Assembly: GCA_900088475.1 (NCBI GenBank)
Contig: FLMG01001070.1
Coordinates: 62,001-126,000, forward strand
Origin: Hyphochytrium catenoides
Lineage: Eukaryota > Protista > Hyphochytriomycota
DNA length: 64,000 bases
Direction of reading: 5' to 3'
Part shown: piece by piece, positions 24,887 to 37,654 of the stretch
How positions within the stretch are numbered: position 1 is the first letter of the stretch
How the letters are laid out: every line of letters begins with the position of its first letter
Notes under the pieces: generated by a model
Told to the model about the DNA's origin: nothing
Databases searched by the model: none
Seen by the model: only the letters and a program-made list of their open reading frames with translations
Made by a program: the position numbers and the translations under genes

Positions 24887-27800
24887 ATGACGTCCACGCT
24901 TGCAGACGTCGGGCCATTGCGCCACCCCTTAGACGCGAAGGTGCGTCTTCCTTCCAGTGCTCCATGAGCGAGTGAACTATCAACAGCCTCCTCTGGCATG
25001 CGGACTCTGCCTGGCTCCTTTGCCTTCTCCTCCGGCATGCAGCAACTTCGTACTAATTCATCGGTGATGTAGACGTTGGAGGGCTACTTGCACCAGAGGA
25101 TCCCCTCATTGCGTGGACATGCTCTCGCAATCAAGCAGTTCAGTCACGGGCAGTCCAATCCTACCTTCTTGCTGGAGTTTGGTATGCTTCTGTCCACATC
25201 TGCAGCCACTACCTGTGCCTAGCTTTTCTTCTTTGCAGCCACCACATTCCTAGCTTTCTCATTGACCTTTGCACCCCTGAGTCCCGTAGTTGCTGGACTT
25301 CTCAACGGGTTTCTGACGATGTTGACCGTCTGCTTCATCCTCCTTAGCACCTTCTCTCCATTCTCAGATCTGTTCCTTTTACAAGTCCATCAGGAGTCCT
25401 GCCTTTCATGAGCTTTAGTGGGACACCTCTCCGGTCATTCTTCTTCGATCAACTTCAGCCGCCCTGTGGAAGCGGGTTGCTTTGCTTGGTGGTGCTAATC
25501 ACATTCTATTGCCTCGTCTGCCAACAGCAAATAAAGAGAAGTTTGTGTTGAGGAAGAAGCCAAGTGGCAAGCTGTTGCCGTCAGCACACGACGTCGGCCG
25601 CGAGTATCGTGTCCTGTCCGCTCTGCAGGTCAGAATGTGCCCCTCGCTTACTTAGCTCCATTGCGCTTGGCTGCAGATACAGTTAGGTCTCTCTATGTCC
25701 TCTTGAACGCGCAACTACTACTTGCTGACGGGCTTGGACCTCGTTAGGCTACAAATGTCCCGGTGCCCCGTACCGTGCTGCACTGTACCGACACCAGGTA
25801 GGTTAACTAAAGAAACCAAGAAGGTGGTGCCACCGAGAGAGAGAGCAACGAGACAAAACAGAACGAAACATGCATAGGAAAGTGGGATAAAAGAGATCTG
25901 TTCTCTAGCATTTCAGTGCCACACGGGACAAGTTAGACGAGCTCCATTTCAAGCCACAATCTGAGGTTATAGGGAAAAGAGTGACGATTATGGCAAGATT
26001 AATGACTGTGACAGACAGTTCAGGCTTACTGACTTATAACGTCATGCACCGATTGTCGGGAGCAGCATCGTAGGGACGGAGTTCTATGTTATGGAGTTTG
26101 TAGCAGGCAGAGTGTTTAAAGGTAGGCGACTTGGCTGCGTTGGATCCTTCCCTACATGCTAGTTCGAAGCACTTCATCGCTGCTAGGTTCTTTAACCTCG
26201 AACTTTCTAGGTCTCTGACATACCGCTTGCCTTGCTTTCTTCCTTCCATCTGCCATGAGCTAAGATGTCTTCCATTGCATTGTCCCTTTCTAGACCCCAA
26301 GCTGCCTGGCCTTTCTCCTGGTGAAAGGTTTGCTATCTATAACGCCATCAATGAAGCCCTGTCGAAGCTTCACAACGTGAACTACAAAGAAGTTGGTAAG
26401 TGCTTTTGCTTGATCATCATTGCGCAATCTCTTCTCTCATGAAACATAAGAGGTAGTTACTTTAGTGTCGTACCCTCCACCACTATGTAGTGCTCCCAAG
26501 AGCCGTCCTTAGTCATTGACGAGGCACAACTTTTGCCCTCCCTTTTTCTGACCAATGGTAGGCTTAGAAGGCTATGGGCAGCCTGAGCACTACTCCTCTC
26601 GCCAGGTCTCCCGCTGGACGAAACAATTCGAGGCGGCTGTAGGTGCTTTGGAGAAAGCCGGGAGACAGATGCCGGAGAGCATGAGACAACTGCAATCATG
26701 GCTGCAGAAGAACCTCAAGGAGGCTGAAGCGACGGAGCAAGAGAGGGGAGTCTCTATCGTCCATGGAGATTTCAAGTTGGATAACATTGTAAGTGATATT
26801 GGCCAAGAAAGGACAGTGGCTCCATTCAAAGGTCGTTGTTAAGATCAGATCGGTCGTAAGAGAAGAAGGAGAGGTGGTGGCACAGCAAGATATGTCCCGG
26901 CCACTTCAGCAAAGATGATGCCTTGCTAACTCTAGCGTTGTTATGCCTCATATTGTTTGAACCTTACTATGGATAGGTCTTCCATCCGAAGGAGCCACGC
27001 ATTCTTGCTATTTTGGACTGGGAGCTGGTAAAGTGTGGACTCGATCTTTGCGAATATTCAACCCACATGGACCCCTAGTCGTTAGTCTCTGGGATCCCTG
27101 TCCTCGCCCCTCCTATGCTGTGCTTTAGCTGTTGGGTTTCTTGTTTACCTTGTGCATCTCCTCCTGCCCGCTGACGCATCAATCTATTACATCGCCACAC
27201 CAGCGCTAATTTTGCTTCTTGGCCCGCAGTCTACCCTGGGCGACCCACTAGCAGATCTGGCCTACTTTTGCATGGTTTACACATGGTAATATCACTTGTC
27301 CATTTGGAAGACCGCCACAGATAGGCGCCAATCTTGGAAAGATTCAAGCTTGTCACTGTTCTGGTTCCCCCCTATTCGTGGTCTGCTCTCACCGTCGGAA
27401 TCACCTTTCTGCTGATTTATTTATGCGCGATCCTGTCGCTTCATAAGCTCTGATGCCCTACTCCACTCTCGAAGGGATCGTTGATGCTATCATAACTTTA
27501 CATTTCCCTTACAGAATGCCTTTCCTAACCCATTTCTCTCTGGTACTCTTATGATCAGCCCCAGTATGCCTACAGTTAACGAAACGCTGAAGGCCCTAAA
27601 GCTCTATCGCTATGGCATCCCAGACGAGGCAGAGATGGTCAAGGCTTACGCTCGAAGGTGAGGATGTGTGAAATAGGGAGACGTATGCTGAGAAGTGAAT
27701 GCAGGAGGAGGCGAGAGGAACGTATCCGCGTAACGCAGTTATGTTAACGCGTTGACCTATTGATCTATTTTTCTACGTTGCTTATGGCTCTGTAGGGTAG

Positions 27801-29413
27801 GAACCCGTCCACCCAGTGACAGAGTGTGGCGCTTCTTTTGCGCTCTATCATACTTCAGGCTGGCTGCCATTAGTCAGGTATGCCAACCTCCTTTGCTTTC
27901 AACGTTATACTCCTCTCGCGTAGCGGTCTCTTTTCTTTCTAGTGGACTTTCTCCCAATCCTGTGAGAGTTATATATGCGGATTCGTTTCCTGGTCCTATC
28001 TTACACTTTCCTTGGCCTTTAGGGTGTGCTCGCTCGCTCTCTTCAGGGCAATGCTAGCTCAGCTCGAGCCGAAATCGTCGGAGGAATGTTCCATGTGCTT
28101 TCTGATGCAGGGTGGCAGATAGCCCGAGGGGGTCATGAAGCGGAGAGTGCGGGAGACGATGTCCTCAATCCTCTAACTCTAAAGACTTTGGACGCGCTTC
28201 CTTTCAACTTTTCTGACAAGGTAAGTTGCTCACGCCAAGAGCCCAGGACTAGTATCCAATCGACGTGAACCTCAAATGAATTAGTTCTACGCATTGAGCC
28301 ACTGAACCTTGTCTTTCTCTCTTCCGCCCTCAGGCAAGAGCATTATTTCCAAAGGTGCAGGCATTCGTAGAGAATGTATGCATACCTAGGTGAGCTTAGG
28401 AAGCCTATTAAAAGCTTCCATATCTCAATCTGAGATATATCTCGTCAAGTTTGTTGGCTTGAAGTTCGTCACAGACATTGCCATCTCCATCTTGTCAGCG
28501 CTAAGAACTTTTAACGTTATGTCTCCTGTGCAGCGAGCGAATCTTTAAGGAGCAGCTGGAGGCGAATACTAGCGCAGGGAAGCGCTGGACAGCAGTCCCT
28601 CCCGTGGTGGAAGAGCTGAAGGCAAAGGCCAAAGCTGCAGGTCCACTAGCAACCTTTAACTTCCATTTCTCTTGAAACTCATTCTTCTTCTGCCGCTTCA
28701 CCTTTCCTTGTCTTTCTCCTCCCCCATCGCCATCGTCATCTGGCATTTCTTCCAGAGGTACCCTGAGTGCTTTTACTGATTCATGGCCATCTATTGACCA
28801 ACCCTTCTTCAGGTCTTTGGAACCTCTTCTTGCCTGACTCTGCAGCAGGCGCAGGTCTTTCGAATCTAGACTATGCTCCTCTCTGCGAACTGATGGGCCG
28901 CTCCTTCATTGCCCCCGAAGCCTTCAACTGCAGCGCACCCGACACTGGCAACATGGAGGTGTTAACTTATCCCCATTTCTCTCTCTCTGTCTTTGCCTCC
29001 ATCTGTTAACCATCCCCATTGCTGATCTCCCTCTCGCTGTCCCTGTCTCTGGCTCCACCACCCTTCCCACGACTTGCAATGTCTCTTCTGACGTTGCTTC
29101 CCGCCCTGTGGTTAGTGTCTAGCGCTTCTCGTCTGGATATCACTAAAAGGTTGTCATGTTGTTCTCTACTTGACAGGTGCTGGAGCGCTATGGGACCCCT
29201 GAGCAGAAGGAGAAATGGCTGAAACCCCTTCTTGATGGGAAGATTCGCAGCTGTTTCGCAATGACCGAGCCTGCCGTCGCCTCTTCTGACGCCACAAACA
29301 TTGAGACAACAATAAGAAGAGAAGGTAAGGAATAAGCCCCACTCTCGACCGAAATGTTTACGTGGTAACAACAGTTCTACGTCTGTCCTCCTCCACGACG
29401 GGTTTTCTCTCTT

Positions 29414-29460
<47 letters not shown>

Positions 29461-31169
29461 TTCTCTCTCCCCCTCTCTCTCCCTCTCTCTAGCTCTCTCT
29501 GCTCTCTCTCTCTCTCTCTAGCTCTCTCTCTCTCTCTCTAGCTCTCTCTAGCTCTGGCTTGCCATTGACGTTCATCATTGTACGCTCTGTCTGCCCCTGT
29601 CTTCGATATGATTGTAGGTGACGAATACGTAATCAATGGGACGAAGTGGTGGACAAGTGGTGCCGGAGATCCACGATGCAAGCTTGCAATTCTTATGGGA
29701 AAAGTTGTCTCTCCTACTTCTTCCTCCTCTCGCCACAGCGCGCAATCAATGATATTGGTGCCTATGGACGCGCCAGGGGTAAGCCTTACATCCTCAGGCA
29801 TATTTTTAGCTACTTCAATCTGACCAGCGGCCCATTCAGTTTCCTCTCTTCCTACGCTATCTTCTTGCTCCTCTCTTTTCAGTACACGACCAGGCTAGTC
29901 ACCTTTTTAAAGGGCCATATTCTCTCCTAAGCTTTCTAAATGCTCTTTATGTGTCACCCTTATCCTCTTTACCTTCCGTGCAATGTTCCTGCTCAGGCGT
30001 TAGGACCACTCTCTTAGCCCTTCCCCATTCCCCTTACCATGCGTTCCTCTTCAGGTGAAGGTGATCCGCCCACTGCTGGTCTATGGGTTCGACGATGCCC
30101 CTCATGGCCATTGTGAAGTCAGTTTCTTCAACGTCCGAGTGCCTGTCACCAGTATTCTACTGGGAGAGGGGAGAGGCTTCGAAATTGCACAGGTCAGTTG
30201 AGGAGACTAATGTTGTCGTCAGTAACATTCTTTGTATGCCCATCCTTCGGCATGATCCTTCGTTCTATCTTTGAAGTATCCCGCACATCCCTTACCCTTT
30301 TACTGTGTTCTTCTATGTTGTGCCCTTCAGGGACGCCTTGGCCCCGGCCGTATCCACCATTGCATGCGGCTAATTGGAGCGGCGGAGAGGGCGTTAGAGG
30401 CGCTCTGTCGCCGAGCCAAAAGTCGTTGGGCATTCGGGAAGCTTTTGGAACGGCAGGGCGGCGTGGTCACAGCAATCTCCGACAGCAGGTGTGATATAGA
30501 GCAAGCCAGACTGCTCGTACTTACAGCGGCGGCGATGATGGACAAGGTGGGTCGCAAGCTTCCTTACACTTGCTCTATCTCCCCGCTTTCTTGTCCCTTC
30601 CTTTCTGGCCTTTTAGGTAGCTGGTGTTGGACGGCTACATTCTGCTTTGAACTTTCATCTCTATCATACTGAAGCTTACTCGGTGTGCCGCCTTCCGTTC
30701 TCTGTCATCGGATGTCAACTCCTAGCTTGGGAACAAAATGGCCCAGCAGCACATTGCAATGATTAAGGTTGTGGCTCCGTCCATGGCTTTGAGGGTAATT
30801 GACAGAGCCATTCAAGTCCATGGCGGAGCAGGTAAGCCGTTCAACACTTGGGTACCGCCTTATGCTCCCGTGTCCTAAGGTGGAGACTGTTCCCCTTGTC
30901 TCTATTACGATGTCCAGGCTTCTGTCAGGACTCCGAGCTGCCCCACTTTTGGATTAGCGCAAGAAGCTTAAGAGTAGCGGGTAAGCCAGCATGTAGCCAC
31001 ACATTTCCGCTTGCGCTCTTCGCCCTTCCACTTTCTTGCCAGACCCCAGTTTACCGAAGTGGGGTCTAGACTCTAACACCGAGAGTGTGTCCTTATGATA
31101 CTAGATGGCCCGGACGAGGTGCATCAGACAACAGTCGCCAAGTGGGAACTGCTAAAGGCTAAGCTTTAG
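24887..31169 (+). CDS. Phosphotransferase (APH)-acyl-CoA dehydrogenase fusion, ACAD11/IBR3-like, with PTS1
   Basis: [64 protein letters not shown]; then [66 protein letters not shown]; ends KAKL*. Confidence 0.92.
29403..29555. repeat. (CT)n microsatellite within an ACAD intron
   Basis: Long CT run punctuated by ctagct units. Confidence 0.95.
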
Positions 31170-31603
31170 CCATTGCGATGAGAGCAACAGGCACAGTGGA
31201 CTCCTCGAGAAAGGGCTCGTGCCCTCACAATTTCCAGTAGCTCACTAAACATCCTTCTTATAAGGCTTTCGCCTTTCATATGTTTGATAATAACGATCAA
31301 TGGGAAGCTTCGTCGAGAGATAGGGTCTATGACAGACAGAAGGGTGCTTCCTAGAGAAAATAAAGTCTCAAGTAATGAGACTCATGAGACCTCTACGGCA
31401 GAGTTGAATCACATCATAAGCTAGTTATACGCCTTAAAGCGAGTCTATATGTACACGGTGACCAATTTACGGGTCATGCTGCACAGCTGGGATACCTACG
31501 TCTTGTCTACACAGCTAATAACTTACAGACATGCATTATATACAACTTTGATAACAGTTTGGAGGGCAGAGGCAGGGCAGACCTTAGTCGGAATTCATTC
31601 CTA

Positions 31604-33192
31604 TCAGTCCACCTGATCCTGGTCGCCTTGCACAGCAGCGAGCATCATCATTAGAAGCTCCAAGCCGTCTGCAGAAGGCTCACCGACGCTTTCTGAGTCT
31701 GAGATATCTCCCTCATCGCCAGATAGCAACCCTTCGTCATTGCCAATTACCCCCAAAGCATTAGAAGGTCGATGCAGCCGCCTGCTGAGCCACCTGTGCG
31801 CTTGATCCTGCGAAGCCCGGTCGGTTGATCGTCCTAGACCACGACCTGAATCTCCCTCTCCTCCCTCTTCATCCTCCTGGTCCTGGTCCTGGTCCGAGTG
31901 GTCACTCTCATCCTCCTCCAAGATCTGAGAGATAAGATCTAAGGTTGCCTCCTCGAGCATTCCGAGCTTCTTGAGGGTCGACTTGCAGACGGGACAGTTG
32001 TTTGTGTGTGCCTCTATGTAAGAAGAAGTGCCCAGAAGCCAGCGGTCTATACAGCCCTTGTGATACACATGCTGGCAGTGCAGTAGACGCACTTCCTCGC
32101 TTCCCTCGAAGCACTCGAGGCAAATGGAACAGAACTCGACGAACTCCTTTGATGTCTCCCGGTACTCTTTGTAGGTCAGAGAAGGAATCTTGGAAAGATC
32201 CTTTTCTTCTAAGTGACGTGATGCAAACCGCGCCTGGCAGAGCCGACAGAACAATGTAGATAATCAGTGAGCGACTGTAAGGCCTATCAAGATGATCGTT
32301 TGGAAAGAAGAGAGATACGCACTAGAGCCGCAATAATGCGAGAGCGAAGTAGGGCATAGAGGCAGACTCCACACACAGAGGAATGCTTGAGGGCATCAGA
32401 GGGAGAGAACATTCGACAGAAGAGGAGTGACAGTCAAGAAGAACGTTTAGAGAGAGAACGAAGCAGATCGGAAGACAACCACGGGAAAGATGAGCTCAGA
32501 TCCGGGTCACAGCCACTTCAATGCAGATGTGGGAGCTAGCTAAGCTAGAGGCTTACCTTCCGTGCGACCTGCACCTGAGTTAAGACAGCAACCTCTTGTC
32601 GGTCGTCTACTTCTTCAAAGAGATCATCCACAAGATCCTTCATGCCGCCAGTAGCAGTAGACATCTGTTTGGGTTTCGAGAGAGATGGGAAATTGCTGTC
32701 GTCACAGTCATTCATCTCACAGCAAGAGGAGCAGTCTTCATCATTTTGCTGTTCATTCTCTTCCGTCTCTTGTCCTTCTTCTTCTTCACTCGGTTCCTGT
32801 GCAGATAGTAGTCCTTCGCCGCCTCCAACGACGGAGGGAAGCTTCAGTGTTATGTCGCTAGACGCAGAGAAGTCTCCAATGCTGCTGCTAGAAGCCCGTC
32901 TAAGTCCTTGCATGGTATGCGAGACGGAGGCGACCAGAGATCTGCTGACAATACTCTGAGAGCGCGTCGGGAGGCTGTTCTCTCTAGCATTATCTCTGAT
33001 CCCGCGCCTAATGAAGTCGTTCAAATCCCAAGAGAGAGTTGGGAGCGATGAAGCGAGAGGCCTGAAGAATGAAGAAGTGGTCGAGCTTTCGCGGCTATAA
33101 GGCGTCGGTGTATGAATTGCATTGGCGGAGGAGTTGTTTCCTCTGTCTCTCCTCGGGATGGCAATCCCTAAGGCACGCATAGGGAGATCCAT
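31604..33192 (-). CDS. RING-H2 finger protein, putative E3 ubiquitin ligase (exons 33192-32557, 32233-31604)
   Basis: CSICLECF...LLHCQHVYHKGCIDRWLL...CPVCK with C3H2C3 pattern; Ser-rich N-terminus and acidic C-terminus. Confidence 0.8.
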
Positions 33193-33554
33193 ACCTTGCG
33201 CCCCACGCTGGCCAAAGGAGAGACTCGCTCTCAGACAAACAAAGAGCGAGCGAGAAGAGAGAGTTCTAACAGGAAAAGAAGCTCTAAATCTGTGGTCGGA
33301 ACGACAAAGAAGATTCAAGAGTGAACGGGCCCGCCCACAACTTCGTGGATCGCCAGCGAGCGGGCAGCAATGCGATCTTCTCCCTTCTTTGCTCTCTCTT
33401 TCTTCAATTGCTCTTCTCTTTCTCGTCGCCCGCCTGTCTAATGGCCCTTCCCTTCTCTGTCTCTATCGCTTCTCTTTCTGAAGAGTTCGGGGCCGCTTGA
33501 CAGATGTCTCTGCGAGAGATGTTGAAGCAACAATCGGCGAACACGCGAGACGGA

Positions 33555-33675
33555 GCAAGAGAGAGAGAGAAAAGAGAGAGAGGACGTTGTACAGCTGACG
33601 GTGAAGGAAGAGAACAGAAGAGACAAAAGCGAGAAGGGAGAGAGAGAGAGAGAGAGCGACGAGACAGAGAGAGAC

Positions 33676-33714
<39 letters not shown>

Positions 33715-34057
33715 AGAAAGAATAATCAAGAGAGAAAGCTGAATGAAAAGGGCCGACAGCACGGCGGTCAAAGTGATTCGAGAGACAGAGAGAGACAGAG
33801 GGAGAGAGGGAGAGGCCAAAGGGGATGAAGGAAGTGGAACCTTTTACCAGAGAATGGGGATAGAAGGGAAACGGGATCTTCCTGCCTTTCTCTCTCTCTC
33901 TCTCTCTTTCTCTGTCTTCTGTAAGGTCTCAGGAATACTACTCTCAGGGTTAGTGCTACAGTACTGTTTTCTCTCCCTCTCTCTTCTCTCTTTCTCTCTC
34001 TCTCTCCCTCTCTCTTCTCTCTTTCTGTCTCTCTATCTCTGTCTCTCTCTTTTCCTC
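33555..34057. repeat. GA-rich tract (33555-33815) followed by CT-rich tract (33885-34057)
   Basis: Directly visible polypurine block then polypyrimidine block. Confidence 0.9.
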
Positions 34058-35798
34058 CCAGCAGCGTCATAGTTAAGTGATAGCCCCTGCCTAGTACCTG
34101 GGGAAATTGGTATTCCCATGCATGATCGCGATAAAAAGCCCTTCATTTAAGGCCTGCCAAAAGACATAATCACTAATTCCCACAGTCTCAGGCCTCAGTA
34201 CTTATGCTATCATTTGGGAAGCGGTCCTATGCTCCAGCCCGTTCTTCAACCTCGAACGGCGTAGTAAGGACGCAGCCGCTAGCCCACAAGTTCCAACGTG
34301 TTCTAATATATCAATAGATAGTTGCCCATTGGAGGAATTTGACGTGATAGTAGTACGCCCCAAAGAGTCACAAGGAAGAAAAAGGGTTCCCTCAACTCCT
34401 GCACCGAAAAAAATACAGTAAAAAGGAAGTCATTGAATCCGTCAATTTCGAACTGAGGCACAAAGTTCCAGAGAGACTCTTCAAAAGGTCCCTTTTCAGC
34501 TGGAACATTGCGCTTTGAGACTGCCTGAGATAACACCACAACTGACATAAAGATACACTTTGGGTTCGCCCCTTGTGAAGTAAGAAATTTACGCTTTCCT
34601 GAGGGTGGCTTCTGACGGTTTGGCCCCTGGAACCAGTAACGAACTTTCTGTGCTCAGTCGGCGCGATGGCACTTCTCTATTGGACGCGGCAGGAACCTCG
34701 TTCAGACTCTCAGACAAGCGCTCCTGCTGCATCATCAATCAATCACCAGAAGTGAAAGCGAGGTGATCATAGGCAAAGAGGGGACAGACAAGCTCATCGG
34801 GTAGGTAGTTGATGATGGATGGGATATGGATGACGAGGCAATAAAGTTATGATGAGTCAGCATGGTTCATGTCTGGACCAGAGCCATCATTCCTCATGGG
34901 CTCATAGGTGTTTCTCTGAAGGGGATGCGTTATCACAAGTTGCCAAGTGTTACACTAGACGGGCAATGCTCTATCGTGCTAGTTTCATGTTGGTACACTT
35001 CTGTTGCACCTCAGTGTGATGGATCACGGGCATATACTCATGCTGTAGTGAAAAAGAATAAACTTCCTCTCTCTTGATAGAATACTTCCATGGACGTCAA
35101 ACAGCGCAGAAGTTGAGTTTTGCTACTGGTCAGTAGCGATAAGCAAGCTTCAATAATGTTCCATCACGTTTTCTTTCAAGCGCCAGTTTGATTGAATGTT
35201 ACCAGGATAAGCAGAGACCGCATAAGAAATCTCGTACATTCGTTCATTCACTAATCACTTTATACTTTCAATCCAGTAATGCCTGACCACGGTTGCATGT
35301 GGAGCGTCCTGACCACTTCGTTTGGCTTTTCACTCCTCCGCAACTACTACAGCCTGGATTATGTCAGTTGCTGGTGCTAAGAAGGATTCCCAAAGCAGCC
35401 ATAGCTAGAAGGTCTTCGCTCTTGCTTCACTCCACTCTTCGGCAATGATAGCCTCACGTGAGGTCTGTTCGAGTACAGCCAATACTATAAAGCGTAATGA
35501 TGCGCCATCACAAAGGAGGTGGACCGACTTGAGTGCGACAAATGGCCCCTTGTCTGCAACAGGCTGCTTGATTGCTGGCCGTAAGTCCAGCTTGGTCGTC
35601 GTATATAGCACCGATTTGGGAGGAAGGAACTCGCTGCCCGCAGCTGTAAGGGGGATTCTGGAACAGAGAAATGGGGGAGAGAAGTCCATGCAACAAGCCG
35701 CATCAAGATTGCACTAGGCGAAGGGGTCTCCAGGGGCGGGTATTCTGGCTTAGAAGTATGAGAGGCGCACGAGAAGGAAGAATGAGATCTCATGTTGC

Positions 35799-36892
35799 CT
35801 AAAACGCCTCACGGAAAGGGCTCGGCGAGTTCAGCACCCTGGAGTACACGTCCTCCCTGTTCTCGCTCATCGGGGAATATGTGATGATCTGTGATGGGCA
35901 AGAACATATAAGCACACTATATATAGGTTGACAGCCTGCACACAAGCATACACACCTCAAACTCGTACATTACAGGCGGCATATGATCCAAATTCTGCAC
36001 ATTGTTCAGAATCTTCAGCATTGCATTCTGCAACGCCACTTCTGTTGTTTGTCGACTTCGCTCTCTCTCTAGCTCTATAATTCAAACGACAATGGCAGAG
36101 CAAGTTATATCAGACCTCAGTGCGAAATGTCGAGTCCTAAGTATATATCTAGAGGAGTGATGCTGACTTTAGGGTCGCAATACGTCTCGCACAACCTCAT
36201 CTTACCAGATGTCGGGTCGTCTCTATCCACGTAGGGGGTGATGTTAACAAGCACTGGGATGACCCACTGCTCCCATATGACCTAATAGATTCCAGCGAGG
36301 GAGATGCAAGTAAGCACTGTCTTCTCGCGAACCTCAATTTTTAGAGGTACCTTCTCTTCGTTTGAAAGCAGCCCGAACATAGACTTTGTAACTCTTCTCT
36401 CAAAGAACGAGACCAGCAGCTTGCCCTTCAAGAGTTCTGTTCGCCAATGCGTTAGCACATTCGTCTTCCCCCAGCAAGCTCATTACTGACAACAATCCCT
36501 GAACATACCTGGAGCTGCGGGTGTCAAAGAGGTTATAAACTGGTCGATCGCGTCATCTACCTGCTTGTCCACTTCGGCCACGCCGCATCTTGCGTAAGTA
36601 AGCCGAAAGTTCTCACAGTCTGTCTGCGTGGGGTTTCCAAATGAGAAAGAAGGCACTTCGTATACAAGCTATAGCCCATTGCTACTCACCACCTTGGGCT
36701 TTACGGGCCCTGGCGCCCGGGTAAAAAGAATAGTGTGCACCAGACATTTCAGCAGTTCCTCCACTTGATCCTGTCCAACCTCCTTTACAGCGTGAGTGAC
36801 CACATTAGAACGAATAGTCAGGGGGAGCAAGGGCCTACGGTAAAGGAGATACGTACAATCTCGTCCAGCGTCTGAGTCCGCCAATTTGCCAT
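35799..36892 (-). CDS. ATG101: Autophagy-related protein 101 (HORMA domain), multi-exon
   Basis: MANWRTQTLDEI|EVGQDQVEELLKCLVHTILFTRAPGPVKPK|DCENFRLTYARCGVAEVDKQVDDAIDQF|GKLLVSFFERRVTKSMFGLLSNEEK|VIWEQWVIPV...LDHMPPVMYEFE|...FREAF*. Confidence 0.82.
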
Positions 36893-37654
36893 GATGTGGA
36901 GGAGGTAGTTGCACACGCTGCTGTCTTGCTAGGGCACAAGGCTGGAGAAACGCGTTCGGTCCAATCGAAGTGCTCAGAGAGACTGGCTCACGTTGTCCTC
37001 GCCGGGGAACTTTTCGCGGTGTTAACAAGCTACTCAGGACTAGAATTCAATGCAGAATGTGCTAGCAATAGGCGCTATCTGCACGTACCCAACGCGACTT
37101 TATGGCGGGTCTTGCCAGATGTATGATGTTGATCATGAGCTTGGTCTTATCCCTTTCAACCGCCGAAGGAATGATTGTGCATCAACTGTGTGCTGCTTCG
37201 GATGGCTTCACTCTCGCTGTCCGGCTCCGATTGAACAACTCTTCCCCTTCTGTTCCTCGAGAACGTGTCTCCTGTCTTTTTGAAGCGATAGCAGCTTTTG
37301 GACGCTTGTGCCTCCTGTACGAGGATAGTTTCCTTATTATTATACCTCCAGGGCTAAACCACCCTGTTATGACATATGACAGTACCCCATATTGTCGCGT
37401 AAAGTCCATAAACAAGCCCAGAGCCCTTAGGTTACCGGAGAATCTACACTATGACTATTGACCTAGCATTAAACCGATAGTCTTCAGCGGCAGGAGTTGA
37501 CAATAGTCTTTATAATATGAGCTTTAAGCTGCTTTTTCTTTATTCATAACCATTAAAGGTCTTGTCTCTCTGGGCCTAGCTCGAGACTGCAGTGGAAGGT
37601 TTAGCAGCATTCGCTGCTTTCCTGCTTATATCAGTGGTCCTGCTGAGCACTCCC

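Noticed and set aside
33438-34072. Several ORFs rich in ER/RE or LS/SL repeats (also 24446-24679 and 17532-18056)
   Set aside because: They are translations of GA/CT microsatellites, not credible proteins
34849-34919. ATGATGA ... CTGA about 70 nt apart, like a box C/D snoRNA
   Set aside because: No terminal stem and no rRNA-complementary guide recognised
37102-37461. 119-aa plus-strand ORF with a signal-like start
   Set aside because: No recognisable domain; lies in the ATG101 promoter / SMT 3' region; probably a chance ORF
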